A stretch of DNA of 64,000 bases, from contig CBFFRP010000378.1 in the NCBI GenBank assembly GCA_965644295.1, positions 1 through 64,000 on the forward strand, written 5' to 3'. Positions 1 through 12,199 of the stretch are shown here, piece by piece. The number at the start of each line of letters is the position of its first letter. Position 1 is the first letter of the stretch. The DNA is from Paraphysomonas bandaiensis (lineage: Eukaryota > Protista > Chrysophyceae). The notes under the pieces were generated by a model. It was not told where the DNA came from. It worked only from the letters and a program-made list of their open reading frames with translations, and made no database searches. Position numbers and translations under genes: made by a program.

Positions 1-214
1 CTGGAGAAATTAGATTGTGAATACAGACTGTGATTCATGAATGCAAATACTTAAATCAGCCATACTAGATAGCGTCATTCTAAGTATAAACAAACAAAAT
101 CAGATTTAAACAGATATTGAGAATAAACTAGATAGACAAGGTAGTATTATAATAGAAATAAAAGAATATTGCAAATATTATCATAATATAATATAATAGA
201 AGAATAAAACCTGT

Positions 215-3200
215 TTACAAGAGTATATCAGGAAAACTCTTGCAAAACTCCGAATCAACAAGCACCATGGTAGACGGATTGAAGTCGAAGCATAGTCCAT
301 AGCAGTAAACATCATAGGCACTCCATTCATAGGTAGTGTCGAAGAGTGGGCAGTATAAATCGATGCGTAGACGGCGTTTGCCTGCCCATCGTTTATAACG
401 GCATAATACTACATAATTTGTGACATAGCAATCCGGTAATGATAATGCGTCGTAGAAGTCTGCTCCCCAAGCTCGTAGGTTGATGTACACCTCTTGGCCT
501 GGTTGAACTCCATCAATCTGCTGTTTCCGCATTCGTAGTCGTTGTTCTTTAGCTTCCTTAGCAGAAAATAAAAGCGGAAATAACGCAGGAACGTCTTTAC
601 AATACTGCTGAAAAGCCCGTGCTGTTGCAAGATCGGAATTGTATGGAATCCACACTTGTGAATCATCGCTAAATAATACGAGAAAATCCATAGTAGATCT
701 CTTTTCAGGATCTCCCCGATAAGCCACAATCTTTCGCACTTCATACTGGTTATAGTCTACTAAAGCAATGCGGAATGCCTCATCATGGGTACCAAAAAAT
801 GGTTTAAGCCAAGACATATGAAAGACTACCTCAAATCGCATTACAATATGTGTACAGGTGATATCTGCTTTGTACGTAGAGACAACCTCGTATGGACCTT
901 TAAATCTAGGATATAGTTTTGACGGTTTAAATTTCGAAGAATTAGGTTGCAATAAAACAAGCTGTCCTGGTTGATATTCCGTAAGTGTCTCCGGAGGTGT
1001 TTTGGATTTTCTCTTTGCTTGGATCTTGCGTTGAACATCACATGCAATCTCACGTATAGTTCTCAAATTCTGATTTATAAGAGATAAATACTCCGTAGTA
1101 TCAACCGAATCTGACACAGCATCTGACAATTTGAAATAAGGTTTGTCTATTGTACCAAATGTAAACTCAAAAGGTGACAATCCCGTTTCGCTACTTATTT
1201 CATCATTCAGTATGAACTGGATTACCATATAGCACTCCGGCTCTCCCCAGCAATCTTGCAACCTTTCATCATGTACAAGAGCACTTAGAAATCGTAATGT
1301 CTCTCTATGAGTTCTCTCCACCATGTTGGACTCATGTCTATCCGTCAAAGACATTCTAAAGCGCACACCAAACCATTTCAACAATAACTGAACAACCTCT
1401 GCTGTAATATTCGAACCTGGGTCTGAAATTAACACTTCCGATATTCCGTACGTCACGAAATAAGAAAACAACGCTCGCGCTACTCCAACTGCCGTGTAAT
1501 CAGTTGCTGGATACAGACCAACCAAACGCGATGGCAATTGCTTTACAACATGGATACAACAATGCCCTTTCTTGTCAGGAGGAGACACAGAGAGTGTGTC
1601 AAATCCTACGTAATGTCTACAATGCTCGGAGTCTAAAGCTCTGATAGGTGCCTGCAAGGAAGCACTCATTCCCGCATTAAATTTCTGACAAATGGGACAC
1701 CGATCTATGAAATCTTGTATCACCTCTGTGGTTAACTTGTGACCTGGAAATACCTTACTCAGCTTTAACCATGTTCGTTTAACTCCATGGTGACCTATCC
1801 GACCATTGTGTACTAAGTCGAACGCCTCTTTGGGTGAACTAGGTTTTATACCTTGAGCCGCTAGTTCATCTAAAGCTGCAAGTATCTCAGCTGGAAACGC
1901 TGCATAACAAGCTACATCGTCAGTTTCTGAACTCCATTCCCCTACTTGGTTAAGCTCAATAAGCTGATCATCTGGTAGTAAGTCCGTATTTTCAAACATA
2001 ACTACTTCACCACATGCGACACTTTCTTCTGGAAAACATTCCATACAAACAGACAATAACATAACATGAGCCACAGCCGATTCCTGATCCTTACGAGATA
2101 ACCAATCAGCAAATCTATTTAACTTTCCCTTGAAGTGAAGCAAGTCGAAATTGAAATTCTGTATAAACATCCGCATGCGTACTATTCTGTCAACAACCGA
2201 AACTTCCATCCATTTAAGATTGGCGTGATCCGTCATGATCGTGAACTTTTTACCTCTCAAATAATACGACAAGGCATATACACAAAAGAATATTCCAAAA
2301 CACTCCTTGTCAATAGTGGACCACTTCAATGTTGGTTCCGAAAATTTCTTCGACACCATTGCAATTACTTGATAGAATTCTTGACCATTGGCATCAATGA
2401 AAATTTGTAATAACACACCTCCACATGCATAAAACGAAGCATCTGTCATCAAGATCCATCTTAAAGAATAGTCGGGATGATACAGAGTAAGAGATTTTAG
2501 AATCGCCTCTTTAAATCTACTAAATTCCTCCCTGTAATTTACTTTCCAACAATTCTCATTCCAGTCAAAATTCTTCTTCGTCATGTCATGTAACTTATGA
2601 GTAAGGTCACTATATAACGGAATAAAAGGTTTAAAATATATTGCCGCTCCAAGAAATCTCTGCATTTGTTTTGTCTTGTTTTTCCCTTCTGGAAATTCAA
2701 TTGCAGTTACTGATAATTTTCGGGCCTCAGTTAATTGGTAAGTGTTGTCCTTGCAAAGATAGCCAAAAAATTCCACTGATGAATAGCCAAATTTGCTTTT
2801 CGACAATTTCAACACGACATTATAATAAGTACATTTTTTAATGACCCTCTTGAATTTCTCAATAGCATCCTGATAATCATACGCTAACACCAGTAAGTTG
2901 TCAAATATCACCACCATCCACTCTGAGAATTCGTTGAAAATATCAGACACTACATGCATCAAAACTCCACTTGCCGGAGAAACTCCCTCTGGCATAAACT
3001 TTGGTTCGAACTGACCCCATGGAGTTTGAACTGACAACAGTGCTGAAACTGATTCATGAAGTCTAATACCATGGAAAGCATTACATATGTCTAAATCAAT
3101 GAACACCTTATACCCAGCTGCTTTATGTAATTCTTTTATAACATCTGGTATGGGATAATGCGGACTTTCAATTTCTAAATTAACACGCCTGTAATCACCA

Positions 3201-4159
3201 CATATTCGAATAAAAGGTTTCGTAGCCTTGGGTGCTACTACTATTGGTGATGCATAAGGACTCGTACTGGGACGATAAAAGTATCCACACATCCTATTGA
3301 ACTCCTCCTTAGTACGTTCATATAACATAGGTGGTATCCTTCTCATATTCTTTGGTTTAATTCTATCAGGAATAGTACTTTTCACCTTTAATTTTAACTC
3401 AGGAACATGCTGAATTCCAGTCCACTCTCTAGGAACAAAGACGTCAACTGCATCCTCTCTCAAAACTCTTAATATATCAGTTTGTTGAGCGAAATCAGGA
3501 TGTACTTTTGATTCTAGTTCACTAAAATATTTCTCCCTAGCCTCATCCACTGACTGTTCCAAAAAAGTCACTAAACTTCCAAAACTACATGGTTCGGGAA
3601 TCATATCATCTTCCTCTGACTGTTCCGGAATTGGATTTTCCCAAGGATCACACACTGGTCCTGACGACATATATCTCCTAAGTTCGTCAATGTCTTCACC
3701 AATATTGGCAAGAACTTCTATCTCATTTAAATTAACTGATTGCCCCGCACTCAGTGATGCTTTCTTAATCATATTCATAAATAACTCGGAAAAATGCTCA
3801 CAGATTGCCGGTAATCCTATAATAATATCCTTTGCCAAACCGTCCAAAACATACAGTGAAAGTTGTGCTTTGTAGGTCTTACCCTCATCTTCAAAAGCAA
3901 TTGTAACAGGAATATATCCTTTAAGTTCAATCTGATGTCCGTCTGCTACTTTAACCCTCAACTTTTTATGTACCATATCTTTTAACAATTTGTCCCCACA
4001 CTTCTTAACAAAATTTGATGAAATAAAATTATCCGAAGATGATCCGGAATCAAATAAAACCATTTCCACATTAATCTTATCACCACAATTATTTATTATC
4101 ATTCCTTGCCTATGTACGGCATTGCGAAATCTGCTGGAAGTATCATTGTAATCTCGCAT
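215..4159 (-). mobile_element. pol: Ty3/Gypsy (chromovirus-like) LTR-retrotransposon pol ORF, 1314 aa: protease-RT-RNase H-integrase-chromodomain
   Basis: Protease LFDSGS; RT YASPIVVAPK, RICGDYRRVN, DICNAF, MPEG, VVIFDNLL; RNase H TDASFYACGGVLLQ, DKE, TDHANL, NRFADWLSR; integrase HHCC (HNGRIGH..CPIC), D-D-E (GFDT, ISDPGS, MVER), GPY motif; chromodomain YEVRKIV..FLVLF. The order RT-RH-IN is Gypsy-type. LTRs and gag were not identified. Confidence 0.95.
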
Positions 4160-5380
4160 AGCCGCTATCAGTATAACAACACCCGGTTTGATAACCAGGG
4201 TGTTGGCTCGTAAACAATAAAACTACAACAACACCTACACTGAACCAACAAGCACAGTAATAACGGTATTATTATTAAAACACTTTTTTCCAAGTTTAGA
4301 CCTAAACTCAGTTAGTGACTCCCGCGAAGAGTCACCGCGCAATGGTATACCGCTGGCACCCAAGATCACTAGCACCAAGCTTTGGTCTAACTTAAAACAA
4401 GTGATAAACACCATAGAAGCATATATGCACACACACACACTCCTAACATGGTGCAACACACGTGGTGTCATCACACCACCACAGGTTGCGTAACTCTTCA
4501 ATCAAAACTGAAAAATACACAGCAACCTGATAGGGAATGGCTCACCACCATATGCCGAGAGTACACCGTATACTACGTATCTATACCCTACCAGAGACTG
4601 AAAACCCCATAATCCAGGAATACATAAATACGGTACATATAGTACGTATAGTACACATACCACATTGCAATCCAACCCCAATAAGCCTTGCATGAACACT
4701 CGTGCACCTCAAGTGTATAATAGCGACTTCTCTCCTGTGATGGTCACATGTATTTGCCCCCCTATAGGGTAGTACGGGTAATACATGTATGTATGTATAT
4801 GGAAGTATATACTGCAACTGCTACACAGGAATACGGGCCCACATAACTTTGATATAAATTTGCAGCAGGTTTCACATCGACCGAAGTCACCAGCAGCAGA
4901 TCATAGTCGTACATCATCAGCAGCAGATAAAAATTGGACATCATACCCGAACGTTGGCTCAATATGTAGGTACACTGTGGTACATTACCAATGTCCAAAT
5001 GGTGTTGCATAATATGTATCCTGAACACAATGAAGGTCCTAAAGCCATGTATAGGGTCCTGATAACTAGGGTCCTAAACCAACAATGTAACCATGCATAT
5101 GACCCAATAGCGTGATACTATAGCCACGTAGATAGGGCATGGGAAATTCCACGTCAGACGCATCCAATGACAGTTTTGGACTTTATATCTAGATATCACA
5201 AAAAACAGTTGTTCGGATCGAGAACAATAATAAAACATATCTTTTTCAAAAGAATGGCCTGTATCACATCACTAGTAATGGTATCTTTTTTTTTGTTCTG
5301 TTCTGTTCTGTTTTGAGAGATGAATCATATCTCTCAATCACAATTGCCCATCCAGTTACTTTTCCACCGCTTTGTGAAGT

Positions 5381-6967
5381 ATGTTAGTGACTGCTGCTGT
5401 GCTCTTCGCTGCTCAACTGGTGCAGGGCGCTTCCCCGCATGGAGCCCTGCAAGCCCAGTCTGCAGGCGATGCCTTAACTGAGATGCGCTCCAGTCAAACC
5501 AAGGCTCTCAAGGCCGTCCTGGAGAATCACATTCACCAGAGCCTTGCCAATGCACAGAATGCGGCTAAGAAGACCAGTGAAGTGGCGGAAGATGCTGTGT
5601 TGACTCGTAAGCTGGCATCCCTTGACACGGGATAACACTTGATTGCCAAGCATCACGCCACGAGTGCATGTGACGTGTCTCCAGAAGAATATGGTGAGTG
5701 TGATATAGAATGCTCCCTATGGACATTTTGTCACGGGTTGTACTTATGTAGGTATTCATCTGGGAACCTGCTACTCCTACGGTAGTGGTGTCTCTGTATC
5801 ATACTCTTGCAGTGTGGACGACTCCACCGGCACAGTAACACTGACAGAACATGACTGACCACCTCAGATGACTGCACAGGAGCTGAAACCACCGATAGTG
5901 ATACACATGCATGGGCTGTGCTCTTCTCATCAGAAAGATTACAATGATGACTATTATCCTTTTGCCACTGTGACGTGTACAACCAACGAGCAACCATGGA
6001 AGAGCAATAAAAACTCTGTGTCCACAATGTGAGATTCATTTGTAATTTAACTTAACAACCTTATAAACATAATTACAGTACATATGAAGATCCCACCGAG
6101 TGCGCATCAGGAACATCGGAAGCTGTTGAATACGAATCTTTAGATATGGGATTCTGTTTCGATTACGGGTCTGATTCTCTCAAAATAAACTCTTGCAAGA
6201 ACTATCAGTACTATTATAGTAGTGCTGACTGTACTGGAAATTCAGTATCAGTAAGCATTGATCTTTTAAGTTGTGCTGAGGATGATGATGACGACGACTA
6301 TGATGATGATGACCAGAGAGTGTATACCGACTACTGCAACGATGATGACGGCGATGATGACAGCGCCTGCTTCTCTGGTGAGAGTTCAGTGGTGCTGGAG
6401 TCCGGTGAAACCAAGCCTATTGCTGCTATCTCTGTGGGCGATCGTGTTCTCACAATCAACTCCAATGGCGACAAAGTATTTGCTGATGTTGTGTTTGTCC
6501 CTCACCAGCAGAACACTGAAATTGCCACGTTCGTTTCCGTTAAGACCTCATCAGGCAATGCTGTACGTATGACCAAGGAGCACTTATTGCCTGCAGGGGA
6601 TTGCAAAACTGCAGCCTCAGAGATGTCGTTTGTTCGTGCTGATGAGATTCACTCGGGTATGTGTGTGAATACCATCCAAGGTGTGGAGGAGGTGCTTTTC
6701 GTCTCTCAGACCACTGGCAAGGGCACATACACTATAATCACCTCTGAGACAAGTGGCAAGGTTGTTGTTGACGGCGTGGTTGCATCTTCCTTCGGTGTCA
6801 ATCACGCTGCTGCAAATGCGTTCTACAATATTCACCGTGGTGCCTACGCTCTGTTCAACGCGCTGGGTATGTCCAAGTCTGTACTCGGTGCGAATGTTGT
6901 GGTGCAGGCAAATGCACTCTTTGGCCAGGCCGCACTTGTCGCTGGTAAGGCTGCTGGTATTGTTTAA
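5381..6967 (+). pseudogene. Secreted Hedgehog-type Hint (Hog) domain protein, 3 exons, apparently disabled
   Basis: Signal peptide MLVTAAVLFAAQLVQGA. GT-AG introns at 5694-5751 and 6029-6078 join in frame. Hint motifs A|CFSGESSV, VGDRVL, TKEH, VVDGVVASSF, followed by an SRR-like helix. In-frame TAA at 5633-5635 and TGA at 5856-5858. Confidence 0.8.
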
Positions 6968-7296
6968 GGACATAAATCTTTCGCGCAATGTGTATGAATT
7001 GCGTAATTCTATAAACCCTCAATGACGAAATATGATTAATGAGTCTCAACTGACAATGTGTTATGCTTTTGATAATCTTTCGCTTGACTGAAAAATTCAC
7101 TCATAATATATGATAATTCACTGCATTTTAAGATAAAGTTTGAAAATCTTATTCGCCTAGTACGTAGTGAGAAATAATTCTTTATTATAATAGCTTACTT
7201 ATTATTTGCAATGAGTTATTTCCGTTGGAGTAAAACTTGTCTACCAACACTTTAATAACTTGCTAACTAAGGTCATTTTTAGTTACAGTGGTATGC

Positions 7297-7436
7297 TGAG
7301 TTTTGTTGTAGGAGCAATTAAGAGCTGTAATTCTACCCATCAGTTATGTCTCATGGCTTCAAGATTGAATCTACAGCTTTGAATTGAGAGGGAGTGTTGA
7401 GTTTTGCTGTTGGAGCAATTAAAAGCTGTAATTCTA
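7297..7436. repeat. Two 39-bp direct repeats, 101 bp apart
   Basis: tgagttttgttgtaggagcaattaagagctgtaattcta (7297-7335) versus tgagttttgctgttggagcaattaaaagctgtaattcta (7398-7436), 3 mismatches. Confidence 0.85.
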
Positions 7437-8029
7437 AGGTATTGGAATTATGACCGTTAGTCGAAGAATACAGTAGTGGTTATCAGTATTATGAGAACTA
7501 ACAACATGATAGCTACTGTTTTAATGAAACTGAATATAATATAGTGATCATACGAGATAGTGACAATGTAAGATCGTACGAGAAATGATTGGTCGTAGAG
7601 ATAACAATATATTGAAATGAAATATTGCTTATACTTATATAATACGATTAATGAGTGAGTACACGTCCAGTTAACTTTTGGAGTGTAACTGGACAGAGAA
7701 GCAAGAGTCCATACTACTTGTAGGGCTCGAGTGATACTGCTTTGTACAGTAGAAACACTAGTTTTGTGTGTCTGCTAGTAACAGCATCACAATAAAAAGT
7801 CAAGTCACATCTGCTGCATATATATATATACTTTACTTCACTTCTATATACAGATACAAAGATGTATGATATTTTTACAGCTGCTCGTGAGGTGATATCA
7901 ATACAGTTAAGAGGAGTGTTAAGAGGGGTGATAATAAAAAAATAAACAAAATGAGGTAAACCGCACACACATAAACATACATACATACATTCATAATACC
8001 AACCTACATACATACAGTTTTATGAGAAC

Positions 8030-11000
8030 TCATACAAAAAGGTATACAAACTTTGCTGAATAATGCATTCGTTGTCGTGGTAGTAGTTTACTAATGTCCT
8101 CTGCTGCTCCGATCTCGTTAATCTCTGTGGCTTTGGAGACTAGTGCGTTCATACTACACGAACATTTACTCCAATTTACCCGGTCTTTGATTCTTCTGTA
8201 GGGCAAGATATTTCTATGAGGCTCTCCCCCCACCATAGATCCCACAACATTTTGACGTGACCTTTCGGAAAACAAAAGCCCTCTGGAATAAATGATGGCG
8301 CCCTCCCCAAAAGTGCAATGCCACGTTCTCTCGTGATGTGGATTGCTCTTCTTGTGTAGAAATTCGCTCTGCATTTTCTGTGATGTACATCTTGTTCTAA
8401 TTTCTGCTAAAAGTGCATCACGTAAACTGTCGAGGTGAGTACTAGTTACAGGCACCGCGCCAATAACCGTAAAATTACCTACTAGCAATTTCTGACATAA
8501 TGAATCCGGTAAAGTAGTATTCATTTCTTTCATATCACTAGACAAGCTCCCAACAGTTTTTTCCAACGACGAAAAACAATTAGCTAGATTCACATAGGGT
8601 GGAACACCAGTTGCATTCATTCTTGACACATCATTATGAAACACACCAGTTAATACCTTCGGTCGAAGACGTTGTAGAATACCACTTGTCCAAACCCTTT
8701 GAAGAAACAAAGGATGATTTGGTGAAAGAGTTTCTAATAGCCAGTCACGATGGTATGCCAGCGAAGCAAGTGAATATGGCAAAGCCACTCAGAAATTCTC
8801 AGGATAGAATTATGAGAAGCCAGGTAGAATATCTTCCCATTCTTCAACTGATAGAACCGGACCATTAGTGTCATCGAAATGAGGTGGAAGGATAGCAAAG
8901 TCAGGATCACTGCTTGATATACCTGTAGCTGCCCTGCCAACAAACAGAATATTATAGGGTGCTTTGGATTTGCGTATATATGACGCGGAAATTTATTGCT
9001 TCCTTCTTGGTCATTCTTCTGTTTGTCAATATTAATGGTCATTGCATCCTCCTCCCAAGATATGTGATCGTACATTATATGTGCAACAGTTACAGATCTT
9101 GCTATCAAGTTCCAGCATAGCAATAAATTGGACAAACAAAATGTATAAAGTCCAAAGTCATGATCTTGTTTAGCAGCTTTGTCTTCAAGAAATATGTACC
9201 CTTTCATGGGCATTGCAGCCTTGCCTTCTCATGAAGGTAACAAGCCACGCTGCTTTAGGTCAGCAACCTTCCTCTTGAATCCCTCGAGAGTTTGTTTAAA
9301 CATACTCTCTATTTCCGGTGAAGGGTTCATTCTCTTCTCCGTGTACATATTTTTAAGAGCACTTCGATGTCCATTAACGTGTGCAAACGAGTAATACTGT
9401 GGAGGGTCATACGAGTGATGACAATTCGCTGTAGAGAAGAGAAAGGCCAAAAATCATGAAAAAAATCATGAAAAAGTGTCTTTTATGTTTAATTCCATAA
9501 CTTTTTCATTTCAGTAATCGAAATACTGTGATTTTAACACGAAATAGTCCATTTAATGCTGAACATTTCGTTATATTGGACTTTATGGTGACTCTGTCTG
9601 TGTCGTGAGATTTGGGCACTCAAAAATCAAGAATGTTGTTTTCGGAGCAACAAATAAACTCGAGGACGATCTTCCCACCTGCAGAATACACTGTATATTC
9701 AGCTTGAAGCCATACGACCCCAAATAGCATAACATCGTAGAGCACGCTCTCGGCTACCTGACCATACCCTCCGCTACTCTCAGGGGCTCCTAGATGTCGA
9801 GGAAAAAATTATTATGCGGAAGAGATCCCTTGAAGATGACTCAGAGGCTGATGGAGACATAGTGGTAAATGAGACCACTACACCTCGAATTAAGCATAGT
9901 AGACCCCCAGGATCAAAGAATAAGGTCAAAGTATATAAGGAGGGGTGTCGAAGCATTCGTTTATGTGATTTAAACGCTAAATTGCCTCCGAGATTGCCGT
10001 TAAGACCCCTAGCAGACCCCATCGCTATGCTGCCCCTAACTTCACTCCATCTTAGCCAAAGGCGGACCCATTGGAATTTATATGTCCCAGTAGTCGCTAC
10101 AATGGTAATACTCTGTATATGGATGATATAAGCATGTCTTTGAGGTTAATTTCATGCATGCGTCATGACATCTATAACGGCCATCAACTGAGAAGTATTA
10201 CTGACGTCATGAATCGCGCTAGCGACTTTTAGGTATTGGCGGTAGTACGCTATACAGCCTATGGAAAGAATGGGTTGATAACAAGGGTACTACACTTCCT
10301 CATAACAGCTATGAATCAATATATCCGGGGCGCATGAAATACATTAACTCAGATTGGACAGGTCCTATACGAGCAGAGGTAATAAATCCCTTCAAGGTTA
10401 TTAATCTTCTAAGTTTGACATAAGGCTTGGCGTATCAGAAGTGAGGAAGGTAGAGCAGTAGAGTTGCCGGATATACAGAAGTGGTTTAAGGATGTCCACA
10501 ACCTTGAGTTTACACATTATCAGCTAATTTCGAAATGGGTTTCCGTTTGGAAAAATGCGTACGCTGTGCCTTCGTCGTGAAAGTGCAAGTATCACAAATA
10601 AGCGTCGCATTTACCTTAAGCGTCGTTTGGAATGTAATAAGCGCATTGAGTGTAGAATATCTGAACGACAAATGTGGGAGAATAATGGACAAGTTGTTCC
10701 AAGCCCGAGTAAGATATCGTGAGTTAGAACAAGAATTTAGATATGGTGAGAAGGGTGTGTATTCTGATGTTATACACTTAGCTGAGTATGAAGAGGATGA
10801 TACTGATGTAGACGTTGATGATTCAGTTGTAAAGGGAGACGATGAGGTTGATGTGTGGCAAGGTGATAATGACGACTACTTGGAATAAAAAGTAACTATA
10901 TGTCAGTTCAATTAGCTTCAATTTTTCATGCTATTTATTTTGTTTTACAACTTCTTATGATACATATAGTACCTAAACTAACTAGATACTATTAGTACAA

Positions 11001-11693
11001 CTTTAGAAGTACTATACAACACTCTAACTAGTTGTTTAGTTGAAAATATAGCTAGTTATCTGCTAAAACTATTTCAATTTTTAGCCGTTTTATGAGGTCG
11101 CTCAGGACTTTTTCAAACAAACTAACTTAAAGTAATTTTTACGTAACAATACGTTACATATATATAGTAGAGAGCATTTACTAGCACTTCAGTTACTTTT
11201 TATTTACTTTTTTGGTTTTTTCGTAATTTTATGGGCATGTATAAAACTCGGTGGTTTTCATAAAAAACCCTAAAAAATTGATTATCTTTAAAATTATAGA
11301 ATATTTTAAAAAGTTACATATATTGTTGGAAAGTTCATATCATGAGCTTCAAAAAACATATATATGCTGTAGAAATTATGTCGGCAATATGGTGATATTT
11401 TTGTTCTCTACAGCGAATTGTCATCACTCGTAGTACAGACCAGTTCGACTGTCGATTTTAAGAAGCACATGAGCCATGTACTTTTCCATTACAACGTCAG
11501 GTATTGGAAGTATTGGTGATAACTTATTATCGTTTTCTCTTTCCACGCAAGCAGGGTAATTCTTATCAAGCCAATGCGAAAATGCCTTGATCCTATCTGC
11601 ATACTGCCTGCGGGTACTATCCGTTAACCGCATCTGCTTGGTTTGCAGTGCAATCTCATCTCTGAACTCACTTTGCTCTCTAATAATATTCAT
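8030..11693 (-). mobile_element. Degenerate Crypton-type (CryptonS-like) tyrosine-recombinase element, interrupted and internally deleted
   Basis: N-terminal STRRQY..RIKAF..W (11424-11693), then YSFAHVNGHRSALK, CWNLIARS, HISWEEDAM, KQKNDQEG, PRHIYANP, FVGRAATG, FAILPPHF, LASLAYH, ATGVPP. Stops and frameshifts are present and the HxxR...Y segment is missing. Confidence 0.75.
9412..11430 (+). mobile_element. Tc1/mariner(IS630)-type non-autonomous DNA transposon, 2019 bp
   Basis: Perfect 27-bp TIRs cgagtgatgacaattcgctgtagagaa at 9412-9438 and 11404-11430, with TA on both flanks (9410-9411, 11431-11432). Decayed ORF fragments lie at 9814-10888 and no intact DDE/D triad is visible. Confidence 0.88.
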
Positions 11694-12199
11694 TGCTCTT
11701 TGTTTATTCTAAGTGCTTTGTTCTTGCAGTTTGCAGTTTATGAGCATGAGTGTGATATCGTTTGAATGGCGATAGTGTCCAAGCGGTAAAAAACTGCCGA
11801 AATATCGTAAAATCCTAGTATTCTAGATATGGTCGAGATAATCTGATTTTCCGAGCTTTTTATTGTTCGGCCAGCTTCGTAAAAGTGGGATATTGGAGAG
11901 ACTCCTGCTGCTGTTGATGCAAATGATGCGCTGTGTGATATCATCACAAATACACATGTTACGAATAGTACGCACATACAGAGTATATGTATATGTATTG
12001 TATATGCATATCATAATGATGTGCAGGTAACTTCATTAGATTCGACTTATTCTTATACTTAACGATGTCTCCAATACAAAAGAGTGCACAGAGTAGGCTG
12101 CATGACAAGCCAAAATAAGGGCTGAGTCGAAGAAGCTTCCAAAGCAGTGGAAGCGGATTGATTGGAGACATGAATTGTTTGAGTTGCCAGATTCAGACC

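Noticed and set aside
4975-5100. Candidate primer-binding site and 5' LTR of the Gypsy element
   Set aside because: The TGG-starting candidates do not match a tRNA 3' end I can recognise, and the second LTR is not in the window for comparison.
5633-5858. Stop-codon reassignment or selenocysteine as an explanation for the in-frame TAA/TGA
   Set aside because: Conserved genes here end normally in TAA, TAG or TGA with no internal stops, and the TGA coincides with an apparent indel.
7297-7460. Ankyrin-repeat remnant (GAIKSCNSKVLEL; 101-bp spacing)
   Set aside because: Too short and frame-broken to support.
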